Assembly: GCF_009914755.1 (NCBI RefSeq)
Contig: NC_060931.1
Strand: one strand, 5' to 3'
Source: the human T2T-CHM13v2.0 reference genome, Homo sapiens
Length of the DNA: 64,000 nucleotides
Shown here one piece after another: positions 33,498-50,699 of the stretch (its first letter is position 1; each line of letters starts with the position of its first letter). The translations under genes were made by a program, and so were the position numbers. The notes beneath the pieces were generated by a model that did not search any database, was not told where the DNA came from, and saw only the letters and a program-made list of their open reading frames with translations.

Positions 33498-35876
33498 TTC
33501 AGTAGCATTTCTAAACACTAACAACAAACTACTGAAAATTGAAATTAAGAAAATGATCTCATTTACAATAGTGTCAAAAGGAGTAAATTATTCAAAAATA
33601 AATTTAACCAAGGAGTTGAAAGACTTGTACGCTGAAAACTGTAAAACATTAATGAAAGAAATTGAAGACACAAATAAATGAAAAGCTACCCTATGTTCAT
33701 GGATTGGAAAAATTAATGTTGTGAGAATGTCCATACTACCTGATATGATTTGGATATTTGTCTCCTCCAAATCTCATGTTGAAATGTGACCCTCAGTGTT
33801 GGAAGTGAGGCCTATTTGGGAGGTGTTTGGGTCAGGGGGGCTGATCCCTCCTGAATGGCTTGGTGATCATGAATTCATGTGAGATCTGGTTGTTTAAAAG
33901 AGCCTGGCCCCTCCTTCTCTCTCTCTTGCCCCCTCTCTTGCCATGTGACATGCCTGCTCTCCTTTCACCTTCTGCCATGATTGGAAGTTTCCTGAGGCCC
34001 TCACCAGAAGCAGATGCTGGCAGTATGCTTCTTACACAGCCTGCAGAATTGTGAGCCAAAATAAATTTCTTTCCTTTATATGCTACCCAGCGTCAGTTAT
34101 TCCTTTATAGCAATGCAAAATTGACTAACATGCTACATAAAGTCATCTACAGATTCATTGTACTTTCTATCAAAATCCCAATGTCATTTTTCACAGAAAT
34201 AGAAGAAACAATTCTAAAATTCACATGGAATCACAAAAGACCCTGGATATCTGAAGCAGTTTTGAGCAAAAAGAGCATAGCTGGAGGCGTCACACAACCT
34301 GACTTCAAAATATACTACAAAGCGATGGTAATTAAAACAGCATGGCGCTGCATTAAAAAAAAAAACACATAAAAACAGACAAATAGGCCAATAAAATAGA
34401 ATAGAGAGCCCAGAAATAAATCAAACATTTATGGTCAATTGATTTTTGACAAAGATCCTAAGAATACACAATTTGGAAAAGACAATTTCTTCATAAATGG
34501 TGCTAAGAAAACTGGATATTCACATGCCAAAGAATAAAATTGGACCATTATCCCACATCACATACAAAAATCAACTCAAAATGGAATAAAGACTCAAATG
34601 TAGGACCTGAATCTGTAAAGCTACAAGAAGAAAACATAGAGGAAAAGCTCCATGGCATTGGACTGAGCAACAATTTTTTTATATGACCCCAAAGGCAAAG
34701 GCAACAAAAGCTAAAATAGACAAATGGGATTGCATCTTACTAAAAAGCTTCTGAATAGTGAAGGAAATAAACAGCAGCATGAAAAGACAACCTATGGATT
34801 GGGAAAATGTATTTGCAAACCATACATCTCATAAGTTAGTATACAAAATATATAAGGAACTCAAACATCTGAATAGCAAGAACACAAACTGATTAAAAAT
34901 GAGCAAAGGACCTGAAAAGACATTTCTCAAATGGAAACATGGAAATGACCAAGAGGAATATGAAAAAATACTCAACATCACTAATCACCAGGATTATGCA
35001 AATTAAAACTACAATGAGATTTCACCTCACAATTGTTAGATTAACTGTTATCAAAAAGACCAAAAATAGCAAATGTTAGGATGTGGAGGAAAGAGAACCC
35101 TTGCAAACTGTTGGTGGGAATGTAAATTAGTACAACTACTACGAAAAACAGTATGGAAGTTCCTCAAAAAATAAAAATAGAACGACCATATGATCTAGAA
35201 ATCCCACCTCTGGGTATATATTCAAAGGAATTGAAATCAGCATGCCAAAGAGATACCTGCACTCTTATGTTCATTGCAACACTATTCACAATAGCCAAAA
35301 CCTAAGTGTCCATCAATGGATAAATGGATAAAGAAAATGTGGTGTGTATACAGTACCATATATAAGAGTACAATGAAGTACTATTTAGCCTTAAAAAAGA
35401 AGGAAATTCTGTAATTTCTGACATGAATGAATCTGTATGACATTATACTAATAAAATAAGCCAGACACAGAAAGAAAAACACTGGCTGATCTCACATTTA
35501 TGTGGAATCTACCAAAGTCAAACTCATAGAAGCAGAGAGCAGAACGGTAATTACCAAGGACTAGGGGTGGTGGTGGTTCAAAAAATGGTGTTCAAAACAT
35601 ATAAAATTTCAGTTAGATAAGTAGAATAAGTTCAAGAGATCTATTATATTATATGGTGACTATAGTTAATAATAATGCAAAGTATATTTTAAAATTACTG
35701 AGAGTAGATCAATTTAAATGTTTGCACCAGAAAAAAATGATAAGAATGTGAGATGATGGTTATGTTAGTAAGCTTTATTTAATCATTTCAAATTTATACA
35801 TAAATCAAAACATCACATTGTACTCTACAAATGTATATAATTATTATTTGACAGTTAAAAATAAAATTAAAAAAAT
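33498..35876 (+). mobile_element. L1MA (6-8-like) ORF2 3' half and 3' UTR, nested in an older L1 and interrupted by an MST LTR
   Basis: ORF-track peptide [33 protein letters not shown] is L1 ORF2p; L1MA 3' end; AAATTCAA flanks both sides. Confidence 0.88.
33741..34132 (+). mobile_element. MSTB-like MaLR solo LTR
   Basis: TGATATGATTTGGATATTTGTCTCCTCCAAATCTCATGTTGAAATG start; CAGAAGCAGATGCTGG; TSD CTACC/CTACA. Confidence 0.9.
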
Positions 35877-39025
<3,149 letters not shown>

Positions 39026-40611
39026 ATCACACCTTAGAGGCAGGCTCAAAGCATAGCACTAGCTCTCATTCATATACATAGTTTGGCTGCTTGAGAATAA
39101 TACAGTCTGGAACAATTCTGCCAGTCCAACTGATCTTCCTATTTTCTGTCTCCTCAAAACTCAAAAGGGCAATGAAATGACTTTGAAAATTCTCTGACTT
39201 TCTAGTGCTAGGAGCACTTTTTAGAAATTCTGTGTGGCCAGTGGAGAGCACCTGAGAAGTCCATTTGCTCACAGCAAAGCTGCAACCTCAGACCTGAGGT
39301 CTGGGGCCAGATCTCCAGCTGTGAGAGAGGAGAGGACGGCTCAGTTGCAGAGGGTCAGAGTAGCAGGAAACCTGACAAGACGTAACACAGGAGGATGCTA
39401 ATCTTAGGGTGTGAGGTTACAGTTAGCCACAGCAAAGGTGTGGCACTGAGAACAAGCTTTCTCGTTGTTTCTGGGCTGCCTCCCAGTGCTGTGTTAAAGC
39501 TTCTTGGCTAAGACTTCTGGACACCAGCGTGGAGCCAGGCATTCATTCAGAGGTCAGGTCTTGCCTGCTGTGGGTTCCTCCTACACGGCACCAGCGGGGG
39601 CTGACAGCATTGCTGTGGGGGACAGCAGGCCCCTGCAAGTGCTTGATAATCAGCTCCTCTTTTGCCTCTAGTCCAGTCGACATTTTCTTCCCTCCCCAGT
39701 CAGTGGGGGAGGACAATCAATTCTTCATACTGCCCTGGAAAGGGATCGTTATAGTGCAGCCATTTGCCTGACAGCTATGCTCACTCTGGGAGCTCAGCCT
39801 CTGAGGTCATTTGTTTGCCAACTGCACCTGCTTTTATGACTTTTCCTATGTCTTGACACCCCTTCCTTAAATCTTCAAAAAATATGGACCTTAGATTATT
39901 GACTAGGCATTTCTGAGTCTGAACTTCCATTTCCAGAAAGTTGCAAATAGCTTTCTTATAAAAGTTTTTAAAAATGCAGGTAAGCTTTCTTCAAAGTAAT
40001 ATATTCTTATAGATATTTCTAAAGGACAGAGAAGTAAAAAAGAGGACTTTAAAATCACCTTTAATACCCTCCCCTTAAAGTAAAATAATTGCCATTTACA
40101 TTTTATTGAATTTCCTTCTGGTAGGGACTTAATTTATTTGTGCTCTGGCTTGTTGCCAGAAGGATCCAGGATAGTTCACATGGCCAGTTCATGGCAGCTA
40201 AGCCCTTGCCTATTTTCATTTCCATTATATCATCTGTGCTTAACCCAGTACCTGGGTAGACAAAGCACTTAGTAAATACTTTCCAAATAGATAGGTGAAT
40301 AAACATCATTATAAGCCTGAGACATTTCATTCCAGACTTCCTTATCCTTTTCCAGCTTATCCTTACTCTGGCTGGATGGGACATATCCCAGAGGTAGGCC
40401 TTATTTGGAAAGAGAAGAATGGTTCCTTAAGTGATGAATGGCTCGCTGGACCAGGACTCCTGATAAATGATGCCATAGGAGTATTTTATTGTACAAACTA
40501 CTCCTGAGTACATGGTTGGATAATAAGATCTAACAATTGTTACGAATCTATAATATACTTGTTACAAATTATGTTGTTACTTGTTACAAACACAAATTAC
40601 TAGTTACAAAT

Positions 40612-40790
40612 TATGCATATTAACTCATTTCCTATGATCACTCCATGAAATGGTGGCTATTTTATGTCTAATTTATAAATGAGGAAAGTAAGGATCAGAG
40701 AGTTTACGTAACTTTTTTAATGTCACACAGCAGAGACAGATTTGAAGCTAGGCTCTCTGGTGCCAGGGCCTGAACTCTTTTATCCACCAC
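40612..40790 (-). mobile_element. MIR fragment
   Basis: TTTATAAATGAGGAAAGTAAGGATCAGAGAG...GTCACACAGC...GATTTGAAGCTAGG. Confidence 0.7.
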
Positions 40791-41059
40791 ACCATGATGT
40801 GTGGTCACCATGCTAGACAATGGTCATGATGTTACATAAGCAGTGGTCAGGAAAGTCCATACTCTTAAGTTAGATGTGTCTGGAAGTCCATTTCCCACTC
40901 TCTGCCTTGCCAGATGCAGTAAGACTGAGGGAGTAGCAAACTCCAGAAGGCAAACACGTGAGAAGGCCACCTGAACGCGGTGGGTGGGGAGTTTGTTGCT
41001 CTGTGGGACACCTGAGACACACTCTTCTCCTGACCGAGCACTGATGGCCACTGAAGCTT

Positions 41060-41362
41060 CTTTTTCTTAATTAGTTTAAGTTCTGGGGTACATGTGCAGG
41101 ATGTGCAGGTACCTCGCTACACAGGTGCACATGTGCCTCGGCGGTTTGCTGCACCTATCAGTCAATGAAGCCCAGCATGCATTAGTGATTTTTCCTGATG
41201 TTCTCCTCCTGCCATCCGCCCTCCCCAACAGACCCCAATGTATGTTGTTCCCCTTCCTGTGTCCATGTGTTCTCATTGTTCAGCTCCCATTTATAAGTGA
41301 AAACATGCAGTGTTTGGTTTTCTGTTCCTGCATTAGTCTGCTGAGGATAATGGCTTCCAACA
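41060..41362 (-). mobile_element. L1PA (8-13-like) 3' end
   Basis: TTTAAGTTCTGGGGTACATGTGCAGGATGTGCAGG...GCTGAGGATAATGGCTTCCA. Confidence 0.9.
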
Positions 41363-41903
41363 GCAGTGATTCATAGTCACCTAACTTCAGAGAGGAAACC
41401 TGGTTCTATTGAACTCTCTCCTGACTTCTGATACGTTGAGAGGTAGTGAGCCTGGATTTCACCTCGTAATTCACGTGGTACAGGTAGATATTCTCACCAA
41501 AATGACATCATTCATTCAAACACTGACAACTGTAGTTTAACCCCAAGATTGTAAGTGGTGGACAGAGAACAGGTGAACGCAGACCTCATGGCCTTGGGCC
41601 ATACCTTCTAAACCAGGAGACACACAGGACACATCAAACTCATAGCAGGGAAATACGCCTGCTAACCTTTAGTAGGTGACTCATCTACTACATTCACTGT
41701 GGCAGAATCTCATAAACTAACTCAGGACAAAACTGACTTAGTTTATGAAAAAACAGCATAGCCACTACAGATTTCTAGATTCTATTCTTAGGTCTTATCT
41801 CTTGCACCGTCAATAACTCAATAACAGGTCAGTATTTATTTGAATGCCCCACAGCATGTGCGGAAGGCCCATTTCTTTAGCATGTTAAGAAATGACATTA
41901 GTA

Positions 41904-42222
<319 letters not shown>

Positions 42223-42950
42223 TCATTCAAATACCACCTCTTGAGTCTTTTAGTATGTGCTTGGCCCTGCAGTTAGTGTTTAGACCCCTTAACAGGGTGA
42301 TTTGGTAAAAGTTAGTAAGCTGTTAAGCTGCATAGCTGAATGTGATTTTTAACTGTACTCTTAATCGTGGTGGCATTACAAGAAGGATGCATGGTAGCAC
42401 AGGGCTGGAGGGAGAACACCAATGGACTTCCTCTTAGCCCTGCACATTCGCTCTGCTCACCTTATCTAGGAGCTGAACGTCAGTTTGTTATCAGACCATC
42501 AGGTGATGCTGTGGATCTGCGTGGTGCGTAACACGTGGGGTGATGAACTTCACTTTACGCCATCCCTTGCTTTGTCTCAAGATCCACCCCTTTGTCCTAT
42601 TCCCCAGGGGTCTGTGCAGTTATTCTGACAAATGTTGTCATTCAAAGAAAAAATTGCTGGCAACCCAATGTCATCTGTACCTATTGGTGGGGACTGAGCA
42701 TGTTTGCAGAAACAGGATACCTAAATCCTAGCAAAGTGCAGTACGTGCCCAACAAATACAAGTTATAGCTCAGAGAAACACAGGTCCTCCCCGTGCGGGC
42801 CACACAATAGACTAGAGATTGCTTTTACAAAAACCTGCAATAACGCAATATAATAAGTAAAAAATAATAACACAGAACCAAAGTTCCATTGTGGGGCAGT
42901 AGCTGCTTTGATTGGGCCACGGTTGTGTCTAGAGTCTTGAAAAGCCTCCA

Positions 42951-43090
42951 CTGTTCCTTCATGTCTTTCTTTAATATTCTCTTGCATACATATGTATGTA
43001 TTTTACAGGTGAGCCTATGACTATTCCTTCATGTCTTTCTTTAATATTCTCTCGCATACATATGTATGTATTTTACAGGTGAGCCTATGA
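42951..43090 (+). repeat. 70-bp tandem duplication (2 copies, 68/70 identical)
   Basis: Direct alignment of 42951-43020 against 43021-43090. Confidence 0.97.
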
Positions 43091-43999
43091 TTGCTTTGAT
43101 TCTTACCAGATAGGATGTTATCCCTCAGCCTGGAAACATTTGGGTCATCTGTTGAATACATAGCTAATACCAACTGGTAATTTTCATGCAGAGTGTAGTA
43201 TAATGCTTTCTCCAATACATGGTTTAGCAGCAATAAAGAAAATGTTACCATTTTCATCACTGTCATCCAGCAACAACTGAACTGCTTATCATGATCTTCT
43301 CCTGCCATGTGTGGAGATAGCCTGAGAAGATCAACAACTATCAAGGAGGCATTGGTGAGTATAAACGATCATTAATTAATCATGTTCCTGCTCTGCTAGA
43401 CTCCTGACTGATATATTGAAACAAAGTTTCTTGCTGAAGAATAAGTAGTATGAATGACACTGTGTTATTTAATAATGGAAGACTCCATGAAAGCACAAGA
43501 CATATACATGGTTGATGGGCATTCAGAGTTGCTAGTTTCAACCAGGGATCACATTTAAACTTCAGTGAATAATTTATTCTGGAAAACTCTCACAGAGCAG
43601 TAAATGGCCTCCATATTTTGTAGAGATTTTCTTCTCTTAGAAGTTTATAAGAACACTCTGTGTGCTCAATATTTCAGAAGGGGATGGTTTTTGATTACTT
43701 TATGCCCTTTATACTTAGCAGCCCAGCAGTTCTCACCTACAGCCAGCATTGTTGGGATATCATTTTGTTTCCATGGCATTGCCCAGATGAATTGTCTGGG
43801 CAATGCAGGAGTGGAAGTAAATTAACTATCAAGAGCAAATGGAAGATTCACTTCATCACTTACCAGAGACAATATATCATCAGCATTTTCTTGATTTAAC
43901 GTTTGTCTGGGTCTTGTTTCTAATACATTTTTTAAAAATGAATATACAGTAACATACTATCTGCCTGGCATCATGAAGAAATGAGCGATATCATTGACA

Positions 44000-44750
44000 A
44001 TAATAAATTATTTTTTCTAATTACGAGAATGATCTTATTTTGAAAATGAAATGTTCAAAAAAGACCAATTGTGAAAATAAAAATTATCTATAATACTATA
44101 ATTACAGCAATCGAGACAACAGCCTTAACCATCCTATCGTAAATTGTTTTAGCTTTTTTTTTTCTATTCAGGCTACTTATATGCACGCATGTGCATATGA
44201 TTTACATAGACTTAATGTGCATTCTGTTTTATAACATTGTGATTTAATAAGCCATAATTACTTTTGTATGTCGTCCAATATTTTTCTACCTTAAACATTT
44301 TGAAGAATACATAGAATTTTGTCTTTGGAGCTATTCTAACTTATTTAGTCAATAACATAGTGTAAAATATTTATTGTTTTTAATTTTAAATTGTTTTAAA
44401 TTGTACAATAATAAGCAATTACTGAGAACCACCTTGGTACATCTCTATACATAATCCGAATATTTCCTTAAATGAAATTCTTACAAGTGAGATTGCTGTC
44501 TTGAAGATAAAGTACATTTTTAAGTCTTTTAATACATATTGCAAAATTACTTTCCAGAAAGATTGTAGTGATTTACATTCAAACTAGCAGTTCCATTTCC
44601 TCAAGTCCTCTCCAAAACTAGCTATGTAATTTATTATGTGTTTCTTGGCAAATTGTAAAATATTTTTGTATCTTAATGACATTATAAATTCTATTTTCTT
44701 TATTACTGGTGATGTTAATTTTACATCTAATGTATATTCTCTTTACCTTT
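44000..44750 (-). mobile_element. Ancient L1ME fragment
   Basis: AAGTGAGATTGCTG...TAATACATATTGCAAAATTACTTTCCAGAAAGATTGTAGTGATTTACATTC. Confidence 0.6.
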
Positions 44751-44784
44751 TTATTATTTTGCGGGGAGTCTCTTTCCTTTTTTA

Positions 44785-45225
44785 AAATTAATTTATTTAT
44801 TTTTATTATACTTTAAATTCTGGGATACACGTGCGTGCAGAACGTGCAGGTTTGTTACTTAGGTATACACGTGCCATGGTGGTTTGCTGCACCCATCAAC
44901 CCATCATCTACATTAGGTATTTCTCCTAATGCTGTCCCTCCCCTAACCTCCCACTCCCGACAGGCCCTGGTGTGTGATATTCCTCTCCCTGTGTCCATGT
45001 GTTCTCATTGTTCAACTCCCACTTATGAGTGAGAACATGCAGTGTCTCGCTTTCTGTTCTTGTGCTAGTTTGCTGAGAATGATGGTTTCCAGCTTCATCC
45101 ATGTCCCTGCAAAGGACATGAACTCCTCCTTTTTTATGACTGCATAGTATTCCATGGTGTATATGTGCTACATTTTCTTTATCCAGTCTATCATTGATGG
45201 GCATGTGGGTTGGTTCCAAGTCTTT
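44785..45225 (-). mobile_element. L1PA (7/8-like) 3' end
   Basis: TTATTATACTTTAAATTCTGGGATACA...CATCCATGTCCCTGCAAAGGACATGAACTC...GGTTCCAAGTCTTT. Confidence 0.93.
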
Positions 45226-45242
45226 CTAAAAGATGGTATACA

Positions 45243-45490
45243 TGTATTAGTTACCCATTTTTATGTAACAAATTACCACAAACTTACAGGCTCAAAACAA
45301 TACAAATTCATTTTACAGTTTCTGTAGGTCAGAACTCTAATGTGGCTTAGCTGGTCCCCCATGTCAGAGTCTCTCACAGGCCACCACCAAGGTGTCAGCC
45401 AGGCCTGGGGTCTCCTTTGATAGTTCAATAAGGAGGGATCGTCTTCTAACTCACCTACGTGGTTTTGGACAGGATCTGCTTCCTTTGGGT
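45243..45490 (-). mobile_element. MLT1 LTR fragment
   Basis: TGTATTAGTT...TGTAACAAATTACCACAAACTT...CAGTTTCTGTAGGTCAG. Confidence 0.7.
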
Positions 45491-45821
45491 CTGCCTTTTA
45501 CTCACGTTTCCATTGTCACCTCTTGATATTGTCAGTTTTCTTGCCTCTTCTAGTAACTTCCTTTCTCTCTGGGAGAGAATGACCTGACTAACAAAGCTAT
45601 TGAAATTTGGTTATGCAATAATTACAAGGCGTCTTATTAATTATTTGACTTGGCATGTTTGCTAGATAGGTAATTACACTTTGTCTTGTTTCGTACTGCT
45701 ATTAACATTCCAGCAATGTACCAACAGTAACTTCTCCCCTATCTCCTCCCTCTTCTACTCTCAGGAGGCAACCAGGCCTCAATTTCCAACATCTAAATCT
45801 CTTTGTTCCTGGGGAGGAGTT

Positions 45822-45823
<2 letters not shown>

Positions 45824-45873
<50 letters not shown>
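45824..45873. repeat. (GT)25 perfect microsatellite
   Basis: Read directly from the sequence. Confidence 0.97.
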
Positions 45874-45876
<3 letters not shown>

Positions 45877-46504
45877 CTGTAAAAGAAGTTGCCAGGAGCC
45901 TACACAAATAATACCTAAGGGACCTTTCCAGTGGCAACTTTAGAGCATCTTTATAAGGGAAGTCTCAGGGGTCAATCTTCTTGGAAAGGAGAAATAGAGT
46001 TTTTTTCTGAAGCCAGGTTTACTGAGGAAGTGCATTGTTTTTATTTACAGTGCATATTTATTTGCAGTAGGGGAAAGCTACAGACTCCTTTAATCATTGG
46101 TATCTATATTTTACAGCTACCAACTTTTACCATCACAAAGAATAAATGACAACATGGCCCCGATCACACTACTGGGTTGGAGACCTGGAGTTTGAAGCAG
46201 ATCGTCTTCTATTAAACACATGATGCTCTCCAGTAGAATAGCTGAAAGAGAAGACACTTCATCTTTAAATCCTCGCTGCTTTATTCCAAATATATCCAAT
46301 GAGGATTTTTATATTCCAGGATTCTCAATGTCTCTGTTGTCACAAAAAGAACTGTAATTTAAGAACCCTGAGTTTTTGTTACATTAACTGGTTCTATGGT
46401 AGAAAAAGTAATTATCTGCCTAATATCACATTTTTCATCTTTTTTAATTGACAAAAGTCTTGCTTTTGGGTTACTCTTAGTTTTGGTTTGTTTGTTTTGT
46501 GGTA

Positions 46505-46509
<5 letters not shown>

Positions 46510-46545
<36 letters not shown>
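46510..46545. repeat. (GT)18 microsatellite
   Basis: Read directly from the sequence. Confidence 0.95.
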
Positions 46546-46547
<2 letters not shown>

Positions 46548-46599
46548 AGGGCACCAACTGCAATGAGCTAAAATATAACATTTTTCATTGTAAGTTGAA

Positions 46600-46970
46600 C
46601 TATAAATGGTCATATGACTGCTGTGGCCAGTGAGACACTCTTAGCCGGGAATTTGAGAAAGGCTTCTTCAACAAGGGACAGGGAGTCTGAAGGCACGTCT
46701 TCTGCTTCTTCAACAAGGGACAGAGAGGTTGAGGGCTCCCCTTCTGCACTTCCATCTCCCTGCTCCTTGCCACCTGGCATGTGGATGAAATACTGCAGCT
46801 CCTTCCTTGGATTCACGGGGGAAACCAAGCAAATGGGAACATGGGGCTGCTGTGCCAGTCCTGGGCTTCCCACCTTGGATTTATTTTCTGCGAAACGAAA
46901 TATGTTCTTATATGTGGACGCCACTGTTAATTGTTTTTCTTCTTATATTCAGCCAACTCCTAACTAATAA
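46600..46970 (+). mobile_element. Old MLT1 (J/K-like) LTR fragment with an internal 42-bp-period duplication
   Basis: Ends CAGCCAACTCCTAACTAATA; GCTTCTTCAACAAGGGACAG occurs at 46662 and 46704. Confidence 0.6.
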
Positions 46971-48084
46971 ACTGTGTAATTTGTGAATTCACACCTCTGT
47001 GCCTAAGATTTCATACCTGTAAAATACATTCCTATGAGAGGTTGGAGGAGGAATTGGCATGATGATTGGGTGATTTAAAGAGTCCTCTTAACCCTATTAT
47101 TTTCTTGTTCTATTTAGATTCCAATTATCCTACCTATTCCAAAGCCTCAGAATATTGACTCATAAGTCTTTCATTAGCCTCAAAATGTCCAAGTTTTAGT
47201 ATGAGTCACATCACTAAAAACACAAGAAGAGATCTAATCCTTTAAGGTATTTCCTCATTAGGTGTGTTATCATCTATCTACCTATCTATATATCTAGCTG
47301 TGTATATCTGTTTATATATTGCCTTGCTGAATAAATTTAATTATTAGCATAATAAAGCCTCATTAAATTAGATTTTACTATAAAATTGTGTGGCAATTTG
47401 GATAGAGGCTAGATCAAAAACGGAGTCAACTTTTTAATCAGAAAAAAACTTTCTGAACAAATTGAAACTATAAATAAGACAACTTATACCTGCTTTGGAG
47501 AGGAAACGGTTCTCAATTACTGTAGAAAATCTATTTACATAGAATTAATTAATATCTTAATTAAAAATCATTTTCCCCAAGCTTATTAAGTTTTGCTCAT
47601 TGGCAACATTTTGCTAGCTGTTCTTCACTTAATGTTGGAATAAAGCTGGAAGTACTGAAACCTCACAGCTTTTGAAGTCTTACGGAACTCATACAATATT
47701 AACTAGTTTATCTAAATCAATGAGATTTGCTCTTGGTTAATTTATATCTCTTTTAGATGTAGAAGCAGTAGAAAGATTAAATATAATACCTTGTTCTTAA
47801 ATTATTAATATTTCAGAGTTTTTATTTCCTACAGGTTATGACACTTCAAGGCCCTCTTAGAAAATGGCTTGGGAGAAAGAAACTAAGAATTTCACTGAAA
47901 GATAATAGAAGCACTAGCTCCTTAGGATAAATGATTTTCTTCCTGTTTTCCTATTGCAGCCAGGAGGAAGTAAAAACTGATGGTAATACTGAAATGCCAA
48001 AGAGGACTCATGAGCTGTAAAAGTTTCATCTCAGTCATGGGAGTCATTTGTGACACAACAAAGACAGAGATTTTTCTGTTGTTC

Positions 48085-49570
48085 ATAAGCTGGTTTCCTA
48101 GGTATTTCATTTTTATTGTGGCATTTTAAGTGGGATTATAATCTTGATTTCACTCTCAGCCTGGACATTGTTGCTGTATAGAAATGCTACTGATTTTTGT
48201 ATATTGATTTTGTATCCTAAAACTTTACTAAAGTCATTTATCAATTCTAGGAGCCTTTGGCAGAGTCTTTAGGATTTTCTAGATATAGAATCACACTGTC
48301 GGTGAAGAGAGACAGTTTGACTTCTTTTTTCCTAGTTGGATGCGCTTTATGTTTTTCTCTTGCCTGATTGCTCCAGCTAGGACTTTCAGTACTATTTTGA
48401 ATAGGAGCGATGAGATGAGCATCCCTGTCTTATTCCAGTTCTCAAGGGGAATGGTTTGAATACTTGCCCATTCAATATGATGTTGGCTGTCGGTTTGTCA
48501 TAGATGGCTCATTATTTTGAGGCATGTTCCTTTGATGCCTAGTCTATTGACAGTTTTTATGAAGTCATGTTGGATTTTATCAAAAGCTTTTTCTACATCT
48601 ATTGAATTTATCATATGGTTTTTGCTTCTCATTCTGTTCATGTGGTGAATCACATTTATTGATTTGCCTATATTGAACTAGCCTTGCATCCCAGGAATAG
48701 CTGGACTTGCTTTGCTCATATTTTGTTGAGGATTTTTGTGTCTATGTTCATGAGGGATACTGGTCTGAAGTTTTTATTTTTTCTTTTTTCCATTGTGTGT
48801 CTGTCAGATTTTGGTATCAGGCTGATGCTGGCTTCATAGAAGGAGTTAGGGAGGAGCCTCTCCTCCTCAGGTTTTTGGAATGGTTTCAGTAGGATAGGTA
48901 TTAAGTTTTCTTTGTACATCTGGTAGAATTTGGCTATGAATCCTTCTGGTCCAGTGCTTTAATGGTTGGTAGGTTCTTTATTACTAATTCAATTTCAGAA
49001 TTTGATATTGGTCTATTCAGGATTTCAATGACTTCCTCATTCAATCTTGCGTGATTTTGTGCTTTCAGGAATTTATCTATTTCCTCTTGATTTTTTAATT
49101 TGTGTGCTTAGAGTTGTTCATAGCAGTCTCTGTGGATGTTTTGTATTTCTGTGGGGTTCGTTGTAATAATATCATCTTTGTTGTTTCTGATTGTGATTAT
49201 TTGGATCTTCTCTTTTTCTTCGTCATTCTAGCTAGAGGTCTATCAATCGTATTTATTTTTTTGAAAAACAAACTGGTTTTCATTGATCTTTTGTATGAAT
49301 TTTCACATCTCTAATTCATTAAGTTATTCTCTAATTTTAGTTTTTTTTTTCTTCTGCCAGCTTTGGGATTGGTTTGTTCTTGTTTTTTTCTAGTTCCTTT
49401 TGGCGCAAAGTCAGATGGTTAATTTGAGACCTTTCTAACTTCTTACCGAAGGTGTTGAAGGTTATAAACTTTCCTCTTAACACTGCTTCTGTTGTATCCC
49501 AGAGATTTTGTTAAGTTGTGTCCCTATATTTATTAATTTCAAAATAAATTTACTTTCTGCCTGAATTTCT
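48085..49570 (-). mobile_element. LINE-1 ORF2 fragment (old L1PA/L1PB)
   Basis: ORF-track peptide [15 protein letters not shown]...[18 protein letters not shown] is L1 ORF2p. Confidence 0.92.
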
Positions 49571-50091
49571 GTATTCTCCCATGAGTTAACCGGGAGGAAG
49601 TTGTTTCTTGGCTGTGCATGACTTTGGGCATATCCTCTGAGAGTGAGAAATAAGTTGTTTTCAAATTGTCTAAAAAGCACCACAAAAAATGTGGGTTACT
49701 TTTTTTCTTTAAGCTCTCTAAGCTGAATAGATTACATTCAATAAAGACTCATGGGGAAGTGGAAGTTCTGCAAATTTATTTGATCCCGTCTGCATGTTCT
49801 CCAGAGTACTCATCTGCCCTGACCCTTCGCCTCCTCACGCAGGGCTGTTACAGAAGTTCAGCTGTAGGAAAATCTGAGGACAGGGGAAAGCACAGGCAGA
49901 AATGTCCCTTCCCATTTTAATTTGTGTTCTAGATCTTTTGGGAAGTAAAGTGTTAAGGCCAAAAATTTGTTTCAATTTCTATTTACTTCTAAAAGCCCAT
50001 GAATTACAGCTTCATTTCCTGTCCTCTTTTTACCCTTCTAAGACTTTCTTGTGATTGATTAGTCTGTCCCTGAAGGTCACATGTAGGTTGA

Positions 50092-50563
<472 letters not shown>

Positions 50564-50699
50564 TTGCACTATTATTAGTTCAAGGTGATGACAGATATTG
50601 TGGTATCTTTATACTTAATATTTAAGATGCATACACAATATTTTCTATGGAAACAACAAACAATTGCAAGTGTGTTGTGTCTGCACACATGCATATGCT

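Noticed and set aside
39972-39986. Isolated CAG|GTAAGC splice donor
   Set aside because: A good consensus match, but no supported partner acceptor or reading frame; such matches are expected by chance in 64 kb.
42951-43090. CRISPR-like repeat array
   Set aside because: Only two abutting copies with no spacer, in primate DNA; it is a simple tandem duplication.
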